This document shows positions 52,801 to 64,000 of a stretch of 64,000 bases of DNA, in pieces. The notes below the pieces were generated by a model. That model had not been told where the DNA came from. It saw only the letters and a list, made by a program, of their open reading frames with translations, and made no database searches. The stretch comes from Octopus bimaculoides. Taxonomy: Eukaryota. The DNA is taken from NCBI RefSeq assembly GCF_001194135.2, contig NC_068983.1:23055330-23119329 (forward strand), written 5' to 3'. The stretch's first letter is position 1; every line of letters begins with the position of its first letter. The translations under genes were made by a program, and so were the position numbers.

Positions 52801-54843
52801 GTATTAACTTCTTAGACATGAACATGGTTCCTTTCATACAGGTATATACACAATACATTGTACCAGCAATAAAGATATTTTCGTTTTGAATAGGATAAAT
52901 TACTAAATTATTAGTTATGTTCGTAATTTCTACTCAAATATTGCAGCATTTAAACCAACTCCAATCTAAAATAACACTGACTTTAATTTTGAACAATAAA
53001 CACACTTTGAAAATTTTGGGAGATGCTTCTTTTTTTTTTTTAGATGATTTGATCATCAGAGGGGTAAGTGCAGTACCAATGACTGATAGGAGTAAGCTAT
53101 CCCCAGGTCAGGGACATGGTAATGGTTAGAAGTTGTATTAAACCATGAATTAAGCCTTACCACCCACAAACAGGGATAGTCTCTTCAAAAGACTTCTACA
53201 CAATTTCCCTCTGCTAAATTTCACTTGCATGACTGGTTGACTTGATGCTGCACGTGTGTGTTTGTATTAACCTTTTAGCATATCTGGCCCAAATATTTTA
53301 TTTGCCTTATGTTCAAACCTGCCAGGTTCAGCCTCTCACACTTAACTTACAATGTCGTTCAAAAAATAAACAATCCCATCACCAAAATCTCAAAGCTATG
53401 TGATAATACATGATTAATCCAAAACAATGTGAATAAATAAGCATTACATTTGACAGTAATCTGAATGCTAAAGAGTCAAAGCAGTCATAGACAAACTGTG
53501 GCCCTTGGCTTTCTGAATGGTATACCTAGCGATAAATGACCTTGAATTTTTTTTTTTAATAATGCAGCCTACCTGATGCTGAACCATATCTCATGCCACC
53601 CACTTCTCATAAAATGGTTGCCTCTGCCTATATTTAAAAAGCACCAATAGGCAGCATGTTGGCATAGTTATTAGATTAACAAATAGAATGCCCTATGGTA
53701 TGAATTCCTGCTCTCTACATCTGCTCTGAGCTTCAATCCTGCTAAATTCAACTCTGCCTTGATCCCTTTAAACCCTTACGCACACACACACAGATATATA
53801 TATCATGTTCAGAGCTGGAGAGATGGGGTTTGACCAGTATCAAAATGCCCTAGACATGCCAAAAGTCATGAAAGTATGTCAGTGGCTCCACTGGGAGTTA
53901 AGGGCCCAGAGAAGTGTTATTAAATAAATAAAAATTCAGCCTTATCCATCTGGAATTTGTCCACTGCAGAATTGGCAGCAAAATCTGGGGTGGTAGTGCT
54001 TGGATTAGATTCTTACTGACTAGTTTCAGTATTCAGAATCTCATTAGGATTCACTCTTACAGCTCCATCTGTGGTTAGAAGGAAATTTCAACATAATAAT
54101 TTTAGATAACCATATAATAATTTAAATAGGACAGTGGTTCAGAAAAGAAAAAAATACAGAATTAATGTGGGTGGTTAAAAATATGCTGAATTGAAAGAGT
54201 AGTAACTAAAGTTTAAAGGGGTTAAGGTGGTGTTTGAAACATAACTGTTGGCAGTTAATTTTCCTATAATTTATCAATAAGTTTAACCATTTCAAATCCA
54301 TGCAGCTAACAGCAGCAATTGTTCCTGTTTCATAACTGTCAATTCTTTCCTTGGTGAACTAACAATAATGTGGGTAAGGGCAAACTTATGTAAGAGGAAA
54401 TAAATTCAAGCTTAGTTATTATGTATTATTCTGTAATTTGCCTTCAAACCAAGTTTATGGTTTTTACCATTGTTCAATATTTGGAGGAGATAAATACTTG
54501 TTTTGCTTTGTTTCTTTCTCCCATCCCCAAACACACTTTTTGTTGGAATAAAAGCTAAGTAACCCCTAATACAAACCAGTATGCTGCCATTTTTTTCTTT
54601 CTAGCCTTTAGCTATTCTATACCCTTTAATTTCCCTTGTAGTATGAATTTCATGACAGACTAACAATCTACCTCTACAAATATATATGTGTCTTTATGTT
54701 CAAAGAAGAGAAAAACAACATTCCCTCAGAACAAGTTGTTTTACTATTTATTTTCCTTTGTAATATACATATCTCAGAAGTCTTTGTCCTTCACACACAC
54801 ACACACACACACACCTATATATATATACATCTCTGTGTGTATG

Positions 54844-54887
<44 letters not shown>

Positions 54888-54889
54888 TA

Positions 54890-55758
54890 CAGGGTGCAGT
54901 GAATAAACTGACGTCTAAATTACGCAAATATGAAAATAACACTGACATCTCATTTTAAGATATATTTACCAAAATTACATAGCAATATCTTGAAACACTA
55001 AAAAGTAAATTTATTCAATAAAATCACCATTGGCTTCAACCACGGCCTCCAGACGACTTCGGAATCTCCTGCAACTCTTCTGGAGAGTCTCTTTGTTTAA
55101 GTTGGTGAATGCTGACATAATTTTTGCCTTCAGTTTGTCTTTGGTGTTACAAGGAGTTTTGTTGGTCTCTCTCTCTCTCTCTCAACTACATCCCACACAA
55201 TTATCAATGGGGTTGCAGTCTGGGGGGTTTAGGTGGCCAAATTCTAGGGGTGATTTGGTCACAGAAATTGTCTGACAGCCATGACTGGATTCTCCTGCTT
55301 GTGTGGCATGGTGCAGAGTCCTGTTGCCAGACATAGTGTCTTCTAGCAGCCACCCTTTTGACCCAGGGCAGCACTACCTCCTCTGGCACTTGATGTAGAC
55401 CTCTATGTTGAGTCTGAGGCCATGTGGGAAGATGAATGGAGACATAATGTCGCCATCACTAGTGATCACTAGATGTTTGATTTTTATCACTCTCAGCACA
55501 TGTCCTCAGATTGACACCCAAACACTCTGAAATGTTTGTATTGGAGCTATTCATAAATAGTTCAGATTCTAATTATGTATAAATAACTCAGCATGCCGTT
55601 TCCAAATTTCTAGCAGTGTGAATTGTGTCATGGTGCTGTTTTTCTCACAGACGGTGCCCAACTGACCCTATCATACTGTGTAGTCAACAAAGTCAAAAAC
55701 AATGTGCATGCACAAAATTGAAAATATAAAATCGCAACAATTTACCCATTGCACCCTG
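54890..55758 (-). mobile_element. Internally deleted Tc1/mariner-superfamily element with a transposase C-terminal remnant
   Basis: TA|CAGGGTGCAGTGAATAAACTG ... CAATTTACCCATTGCACCCTG|TA. The minus strand gives EVVLPWVKRVAARRHYVWQQDSAPCHTSRRIQSWLSDNFCDQITPRIWPP and, after a frameshift, KIMSAFTNLNKETLQKSCRRFRSRLEAVVEANGDFIE*. Confidence 0.9.
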
Positions 55759-58352
55759 TATGTACATAATAAATTAAAATCTATATATGTATGTTACAAT
55801 GCAGTAAATATAGTTTAAAATTGTTGTATTTTAATTGATATAAAAGCAATGTATTTATTGATTGTTGAACTGTAACTGGTGGTTCTGGCGTAAATGGGAG
55901 TGTGTACACCATTGTACTGTATACGTCAAGCACCTGGCGTAAAGTGAAAGGCATATCAGTTATTGTATAGTAACTATAATGCTGCTCGTCTAAACTGTAA
56001 CGTGCGTAGCTAATGTAAATGGGTGTGTAAGTAGGCTATTGAGATATGTTGTGTGGTTAGTGCTAGGTGTTGAGGGCACGTGGCCTAGTGGTAAGTGTGT
56101 TACACTCATGATCAGAAGATTGTGGTCTTGATTTCTGGATTGGGTGGTGTGTTGTGCTCTTGAGCAAAACACTTCATCTCACATTGCTCTCCGATCTCTG
56201 GAATATTTGACATGTGTTACAGCATTCACCTGTACAGACAATGTCAATTTGGTGGAGGGTACTGAGATGATGTACAACACAAACATTTGATTGCTATAAA
56301 CAAATCATCTGTGCAAGTTGTTCAGCAGGAAATGGTTGTATTATCTTTCTTGAACTCAAGGGACTACCAAGACGTTTTGGATAGACTGCCTTGCAGTATT
56401 TTTTCCGACTATTTACACTCTGAGTTCAAATCTGACTTTTGGTCAGCCAACTTTGTCTTTCGTCTTTTACAGTCAATAAAATCAGTTCCAGTTCAGGGGC
56501 AGTGGATTGATGGGATTGATAAAATGTCAGATTGGCGGCCTTGCTGTATCTGTTCATGTTGTCTGTGTTGTGACAGCAACACCTGTGACAAAACTGCATA
56601 GACCCTAAGCAACAACCTTTCCTTTGAACAAACCTTCAGTAGCCTGGAGAGGAGAGGCTTGCATCCTTGGGAAGTTACTTGTCTCACACAGAAACACCTT
56701 AGGCCTGTGCATATGTGTAAAGATGCTTGGTCAGCCTTGACCAACAAAACCTTAGAATAAATGGATTGATGAATAGGTAAGTCTTATATAGCAGTCTTAA
56801 TATAGCTAGAACCAATGACAGCATGAAATGTGACCTGACCAGAGGTGAATTGAAAGGTAAAAACATCAGTCAAGCAAAGAAGGAAACTGCTACATGCTCA
56901 TTCAGCCTGCTAGAAATTGCTGCTCAATCACCTTCATGCCCTACTTAATCATCTTTAAAAAAAAGAGAGAGAACAAAAAAGAAATACTTATTGGATTAAT
57001 GTAGTCCTTGAAAATAAGACAGGATTGTCTCAGATGAAATGTCTTTGATAATAAGTCTACTTGATTAGCAATGACAGAGGAAAATCTGCATTAAAGAAGG
57101 ATAACAGCAGTAGTAGTAAAAATTCTGCTGCCTTTCAGTCACTACCTCCTCTCACCACTACTTTTCTTCCATTACATTTGACCTGTTGCATAGTACATGA
57201 AATCTAGTCCCCCCCCCCCTTTAATCAGCTATTTCCTGTTCCTGTACAAAAGGAATCACCTGTGCCTTTCAACAGGAAAACATTTTTTTTTTCCATCTTT
57301 TTTTTTTTCCATCTTTTTTTTTTTCTTTGCCACCCTTTTCTCATTTAAATTATATTTAAGCATGACTTCCACCCTGCTTTACCCTATTCACCCTCATTCT
57401 AACAAGGATTATAATTTTATCACATTTATTTTGATGTTTTCGTATGCAATCTTACACGTGTAGAAATTTGTGTGTGCACTTACATGCATTTATCTAATCA
57501 ATTAACATTTATACACCCACTTAAACTCATTTATATGCGTGTGCACACACTTATATATGCATGGGCATTCACATATCTGATCCCTATGTCTAATTATGGC
57601 TGTAAAAATGTGGATGATTAAAAATATGTACGATATATCATCATCATACCACTTAACATCCACTTTCCTAATCTGGCATGGGTTGGCTGGAGACTTATTC
57701 ATGGTGAGATTTTATAGCGAGATACTCTTCTCTTGTGTTTTTATATCTATATTCCCATTTATACATACATTTGCAGATACTAAGACATATACTCATGCGG
57801 AAACACACAAATGTTCACAAGAATTTGTCCAATAATTTGCTTACAAGAATTTAGTGATATGTTATCCATCTATTTTTACCATATAAAGCATGAGCCAATG
57901 AAGAAGCCTCTACATAATTGCTCAGCCTGCTAGAAGTAGCTGCCAAATCTTCCTCAAATCACATTCCATTGTCTTAGAAATAAATTCTCTAAATGATGTG
58001 GTATTGGTTTTACAGCACATGGAATCATCACACCTGGACTACTTTTGGTCATCGGTTTGCTTAATCAGGGCTGGCTTAGGTGTCAATGACGATGTATACT
58101 CATCTGCTTGCCTTTAAAATGTTCAGCCACTATTTTTTCTTCTACATTCTAAATCTATTTACTGTTAAATAACTACCCAGTTGCCCACCAATTTGCTTCT
58201 TGTTTATATCTTTACCTACATATATACACACACATGCATTACATTCACACACATTCACACACATGCACACGTGTGTCAGACTGTCTGTCTGTACACAATC
58301 ATGTCACCCTTTACACTGATGCTAACAAAGCCTTTGTTTTTTTCTTCTGCAG

Positions 58353-58505
58353 TCATCCCGCTTAGCACCGTGTGATGATAGTGACTCTGATCTGGATGAC
58401 TTTTACCATGTTCTGGACGAATCTTCCAACCAACTGAAAGTCACAGATCATGCGTTGCAAAAGAAAAAGAAAGACACAGGCTTGTATTTGAACACCGGCC
58501 GATAT
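58353..58505 (+). CDS. klar: Klarsicht-like exon (SSRLAPCDDSDSDLDDFYHVLDESSNQLKVTDHALQKKKKDTGLYLNTGRY)
   Basis: tttcttctgcag| acceptor and TAT|GTAAGT donor; 153 nt, phase 0-0; in frame with ORF 58455..58727. Confidence 0.87.
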
Positions 58506-58604
58506 GTAAGTCTTGCCTATTATTATTATTATTATTATTATTTATTATTATTATTATTTTTGTTGTTGTCATTCTTCTTCTCCACCTCCTTCTCTTCTGC
58601 TTCC

Positions 58605-59440
58605 AACTTTGCCTTTCATCTTTTTGGGGTCAACAAAATAAGTACAGTTAAGCACAGAGGTGAAGAAAACTGGCTTTTCTCTCTCCCAAAATTGTTGGCC
58701 TTGTTCCAAAATTTGAAACCAAAGTAAGTACTAGTTGAACGCAGAGGTCAATGTAATAGACTGATCTCCTCTCCTAAAATTGCTGACCTTATGGCAAAAT
58801 TGGAAATTTTTTTTTTTTTTTTTATAGAAATACCTTGCAATATTCCTTCCAGTTCTTTATGTTCAGAATCTAATTTCAAGAACAGTCAACTTCATTTTGG
58901 TGGGTGAGGGTAGGTTTAAAATATAGTACCCAAGCAAGTACTGGGGTTGATGGTATCAACTGACCACCCTTTAACCAATTTGCTGGCCTTGTATCTTGTT
59001 TAGAAATTATCAAATGGGTAATGGATTGGCTGAATCATTAGATTATTGGAAGAAATATCTGATATTTGGTTCCAGTGCTTTAATTCTGAATTCAAATCCC
59101 ACTTAGGTCAATTTTGCCTTTCATTTGTCCAGAGGCGTAAAAATAAAATACCACTGAAGCCCTGCAGTTGACAGTATCAACCAACCCTCTTTCTTCGGTT
59201 GCTGGCCTTAAACCTAAGTTCTTTTCTTATTTTGGTACAAGGCCAGCCATTTTGAGAGGTGGGGAAGTTGATTACATTGATCACAATGTTTAACTGGTAT
59301 CTGTTTTATTGACCCCAAAAGGTTAAAAGGTAAGGAAAGTGAACCTTAACAGAATTTGAACTCAGAACATAAAGACGGTTGAAATACCACTAAGCATTTT
59401 GTCTGGCTTGCTAACAATTTTGCCAGTTCACCACCTTATT
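58605..59440. mobile_element. Cluster of SINE family C copies (about four on +, then one on -)
   Basis: Repeated AATAAGTAC...GCTGGCCTT...AAATT cores; the minus-strand copy is at about 59228-59440. Confidence 0.7.
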
Positions 59441-61244
59441 GCTTTGTACCCATATTACAAAACTATTATTGTTATTTTATACACACTTTAAACCGGAATA
59501 TATACAGCATATGTAGTTTTTATGTAGAGGCTGGTTTCAGGAAGGGCATCCAGCCATAGAATACTGCCTTGAAAAATCTCATCCAACCCATGCCAGCATA
59601 GAAAAGTAAATATAAAAGCAATGATGATCATCATCATCATTTCTTGTAATGATAGTCAGCTGTCAAGAAGTCTTGTCATATAGAGTTATATCCCTTTAAA
59701 TTTTGTGTTTAAAATCTCTCTAGCATCAAATTTATCTTTCATTCTTCATGGGTTATTAAGTACCAGTTAAGTACTAGAATCAACCTTATTGACTGTACCT
59801 TCCAGACCTTGTACCGGTGATAGAATTCATTATCATCACCACCTGTTGGTTTGAGAAATACATTTACTCTTTTAATCTTTTACTGGGGTTTGATCGAACA
59901 AATTATTTTATCAGTCTTTCTTTGCTGAACTGTTAAATTACAGGGACATAAACGAAACCAATACTGGTTGTCAAATGGGGAAGTGACAAACGCATGTGCA
60001 CTTAGAGATTTACATTTAATATATAACAGGCTGCTTTTGGTTTCCCTCAGCCAGATCCACTCACAAGGCTTTGGTTGGCCCAGGACTATAGCAAGAGACA
60101 TACAAAGTGCCACACAATGGAACTGAACCTGAAACCGTGTGTTTCGGAAGCAAACTTCTTACCACACATTCTGGATGATAAGTGGTGAAATGTATTGTGC
60201 CTTAAACAAGGTTATATATAAAATAATCTGCAAAATGGGATGGTTATTCTGCCAAAATTCCATAATAATGATGATGAAATTATTGTGTGTAGTGCAACTT
60301 AGGAAAGGTGCATGTATAGTACATAGAATTATGTACAAATGTCAGGAAAGTGAACAGTGTGTGAGTCATGATATACATGTGTGCATGCGTATGGAGGGGG
60401 TGATATCAGGTGTAGTGAATTTCAGGAAGCATGGAGGTTTTAAAGGATAACAACTGAAGCAGATATAAATGGATATTAAAGTTCAATCTATCCTTGAACT
60501 TTTAGAGTAGATTGTTGTAAGTTCAATTCTATTTTTATTTTGACCTGATGGAAGAAGTAGTGGGTTTTTTTTGTTTGTACTGAAATTTTGGGTTAGTTGC
60601 ATTGTCTTTTCGTCAGAGACGTAACAGGATGTCTGGAGAAAAGGCTACAAATTTGCAACCTTTGTGCTAGGAAGCCAGCAGCCAATCCCTTTGATAATTG
60701 TATTTCCCCTATTAGTGAATAAAAATCAAATTCCATCCATTAGATTTCCACATGTGCTTCTAAGCATTCACACAAGAATGTATGCTAATGTTGAGAACGG
60801 AATTGTTCTTGTATGTTTGTGCACCACAATTGTTGCACAGTACAATTTATTTTATTCCTGTCTTTATTGCCTAAACATCTGCTGGTACATGGCTCAGTGG
60901 TTAGAGCATCAGGCTTGCAATCATGAGGTAGTGAATTTGATTCCCAGACCAGGTTGTGTGTTGTGTTCTTGAGCAAGACACTTTATTTCACATTGCTTCA
61001 GTTCACTCAGCTGTAGAAATGAGTTGCAACTTGGATAACAACGGTAGTGTGGAGAGGGGTTGGCTGGTATGATGGGCAACCTTGCCCGGACTTGTGCCTT
61101 GGAGGCTAACTTTCTAGGTGCAATCCCATGATCATTCTTGACTGAAAGGAGTCTTTACTGTTTTAAACATCTCCCTAAATGCTTTCTCCCTTTATCTGTC
61201 TACCTAGTTATTTATCTTTTTTATATTTATCCCTTTCTCTGCAG

Positions 61245-61353
61245 ACTGAACTGCTGGCTACTTGTCAGACCAATATTAAGTGCCTAGAAGTCATCTACCA
61301 GCACCTGAACAGTGCCACACCTGTAAGCAAGGATGACTTGGACCGAATGCAAG
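61245..61353 (+). CDS. klar: Klarsicht-like exon (TELLATCQTNIKCLEVIYQHLNSATPVSKDDLDRMQ)
   Basis: ctttctctgcag| acceptor and AAG|GTAATA donor; 109 nt, phase 0-1; in frame with ORF 61179..61559. Confidence 0.85.
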
Positions 61354-61999
61354 GTAATAAAATTTCAAATATAAATTATTTAAATTTTCCTTTTTTTCCA
61401 TTTTCACACATATTTTTTACTCACACTTTTCTTTCCAGTTTCTTCCCCCCCCCCTCTTTCTCTCACACACATGCACACTACAAATTATACCATAAAGAAA
61501 ATTGGCTTGACAAACCTATAAAAGATGATTTTCAAAGCTTTAACTGTGGCACCCTGTGAATAGTTGACAACTCATTTATTTATAGACTCAAGTATAGAAT
61601 ACACTGGAGGTAAAACTTGTTAAAAAAAGCATAGTAACAGTAACTGTAGATTCAACACTATGCAGTACTATGATGTCTAGTTTGAGTGCTGGAGTTAATG
61701 GTGATAAAAATCATTTCTTATGCAAAAATTTTAATAATTATCTTCTAGTATACACTGTCAGTGTTAACTATCACATGTATCTCATCATTTTGCATCCACC
61801 TTCCACACTGACCTAGGCTAGACAGTTCAATAGGATCCGACTGCTCTAAGTCCAATGCCTGCTTCGGCATGGATGCCTTCGTAATACTATTCACTTTACA
61901 GAGTGTACTGTGTGCTTTTTCTTTTCATGGCACTAGCACTAGTGGGGGTGCTGTGTAAAGCCTCACCCAAGTGGGAGTGTAATAAAGGGTGAGTGGGGA

Positions 62000-62140
62000 T
62001 CATCATCATCATCATCGTTTAACGTCCGCTTTCCATGCTAGCATGGGTTGGACGATTTGACTGAGGACTGGTGAAACCGGATGGCAACACCAGGCTCCAA
62101 TCTAAATTTGGCAGAGTTTCTACAGCTGGATGCCCTTGGA
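62000..62140 (-). mobile_element. Family A repeat, young copy
   Basis: Near-identical to 1304-1445. Confidence 0.85.
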
Positions 62141-63632
62141 TGAGAGTGAGATATGGTTAGAGATGTGGTTGGAGGTGAATATTGTGAGTGATGAACAAGG
62201 GTGGATGTCTGGTCGTGGGAAAATCTGATGTGTGCAGACAGGTGATAAGAAATAGAAGTTGCTGAGGGAGAAGAGAAGTGATGAGTGGTAGAACAGAAAG
62301 AGTGAAAAGCAGTTGAATATATTTAATATGTATGTGTGTGTGTGTGTGTGTGCATGCATGTGCAAGCACAGCTGTGTGGTTCAGAATTTCACTTTGAAAC
62401 CACCTGGTTAGGGGACTGGTCTCACTGCATAAACACTGTTAGTTGGTATCATCTACTGTAGCCATGAGTTGACCCAACACCTCATGATTGAATTGATTAA
62501 CAGAAAAAGATAGAAGCCCATTTTTTATGTATGCATTTGTGTGTGAATGTGTGAGAGAGTTCATATTTTCCCTCATCTTTGCAAGTATGTGTTACTTGTA
62601 AATAAAAAGCAATGTTGTTCATGCAAACATCATCATCTGCTTGCAGCCCTCTGCAAAATCCTGTCAAAGTTTTTCAGTGTTCAACAGGCTGTGAGATTTA
62701 TTACCTTACTTGGAAATGGGTCAGACTTGATGCCAGAGAAGACATCTGGCCTCAGAAAACACTGCTTCTTGTTTGACCTGTGTAAATATGGAAAAGTAGA
62801 TGTTAAAATTATACTTATGTACCATGCTGAAACGCTCTTATTATTGTGGATAACGTGTTGTAAGAACACAAATTCAAATATATGAATAAATATAAAGTGA
62901 CATTAAAAATATTAAATTTTTAATTTTTAGAAAAATGCCACAATAGATGCAGGCATGGCTGTCTGCCTTGAGTGTTTGCTTCATAAACACTCTAGGCAAG
63001 TGTCTTTTAGAATAGTCTCAGGCTGTAAGTGGAATTGGTAGGCAGAAGTTGTATGGAAGCACTGTGTACACAAATGCATACAGTTCACTGTGAAATAGTG
63101 ACTTGATGTTTATTTTCCTTGTTGATATTATCACCAAATGTTACGTGTTCTCAAAGACCAGTGGAATGAAGAAGTAATTTATTTGAAACATTGATAAAGG
63201 TTGGCGACTAGAACATTAAGACATAAAATGCAAGCTCAAAACATGTTTCCATCCAACTCATATTTAGTGTGGGAAAGCTGACATGAAGTAGATGAAAGTT
63301 AGTTTAATAAATAAAGAGGAATTAATCAAATTGGATGCAGATTTGTGTTATGTGAATTTATTGATTTGCATCAGCAAATGTAATTAAGTTTTCTTTCGCA
63401 AATATGATGCCCTGAAATCGATCCTACAATCTGGTCTCCCCAGGTCTTCTGAGTGAAAATGTATTTTGGTGGCAACTCCTGAGTACTTAAGCCAAAATAT
63501 ACAATTTAAAAAAATCAAAACCAATGTAATTGAAGTAGGATACTTACAGCATATATGTACCCTCTTTCCAGCTGTCTCTCACAGAAATTAAAGATATTAG
63601 AATCTTATTCGTTATTTGCATTTATTAATATA

Positions 63633-63723
63633 CTAGCAGAAATACCCGGCGTTGCCCGGGTTAAAGAGAATAATGAAATCTAAAAACGCCGTCTAGACTA
63701 CGCATCATCTTTATATATAGAGA
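63633..63723 (-). mobile_element. Minimal non-autonomous Helitron-type element (91 bp)
   Basis: Minus strand: host A | TCTCTATATATAAAG ... ACCCGG-GCAACG-CCGGGT hairpin ... CTAG | host T; no TSD. Confidence 0.7.
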
Positions 63724-64000
63724 TGTATATACACACACGCACCCAAACACACGTATATATATGTATATCAATATAAATATATGAAAGTCAATGAAGTTTC
63801 GTAAAAGAAGGTGATCATGTACATACTTTCTTGCTGTTGTGATTATAACACCTCATTGTAAACAATGTTCCTTGTTTTCCCTTGTGGAGCATATACAAAT
63901 AGGTTTTTTTTGCTGCCCACTCTTGAGCAGCCAACATACAGTTGTCCATGTGAGAAGCAGGGCTCTTCCAAGAGAAGACCAGCTACAGACAGTGTTTGAC

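Larger units (their letters stand above)
4170..61353 (+). other. klar: Partial multi-exon gene, Klarsicht/AKAP6-like (nesprin-related); 5' and 3' ends lie outside the window
   Basis: Six exons have canonical AG/GT boundaries and matching phases (0-0, 0-1, 1-0, 0-0, 0-0, 0-1), giving one open frame of 2305 nt. The motifs LEKRWHTIWLQSLEWQCRLEQ, RPWSV, ISESALDQL, SFSETAWDNYQ and DSDSDLDD...ESSNQL are recalled as Klarsicht/AKAP6-like. No KASH domain is visible here, so the orthology call is tentative. Confidence 0.7.

Noticed and set aside
62547-62885. Overlapping 112-aa and 62-aa ORFs with faint transposase-like wording
   Set aside because: No DDE motif or TIR could be established by eye; a TBLASTN search would be needed.
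1-64000. CRISPR array or prokaryotic/viral system
   Set aside because: There are no regularly spaced repeat-spacer units or dense ORF clusters. The window is a eukaryotic intron-rich locus.

Overview
AT-rich, repeat-dense animal genomic DNA. The SINE/MITE repertoire resembles Octopus or a related cephalopod (inference from pattern recognition, not a database hit). One + strand protein-coding gene crosses the window, with both ends outside it. I reconstruct six phase-compatible GT-AG exons (4170-4397, 35997-37560, 46085-46179, 49703-49858, 58353-58505, 61245-61353; 2305 nt). They encode part of a Klarsicht/AKAP6-like protein of the nesprin-related family (spectrin-like repeat ending RWHTIWLQSLEWQCRLE, plus RPWSV, ISESALDQL, SFSETAWDNYQ and DSDSDLDD motifs). 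The introns hold several SINE families, RTE and CR1-type LINE remnants, mariner/Tc1 relics, piggyBac-, hAT-, Tc1- and Merlin-type MITEs, a 91-bp Helitron-type element, microsatellites and two assembly gaps. Best leads: (1) an inverted pair of type I hammerhead-ribozyme-like motifs at 22620-22874; (2) a hidden in-frame alternative first or cassette exon at about 18977/19010-19054; (3) a ~105-bp foldback whose mismatches are mostly A-C on the sense strand; (4) a Merlin-like MITE carrying telomeric repeats and mirrored CCAAT/CRE-like motifs; (5) a candidate 41-nt frame-shifting micro-exon. Most short ORFs in the supplied track are microsatellite or repeat artefacts. Repeat boundaries other than TIR/TSD-defined ends are approximate, and all alignments were done by eye.
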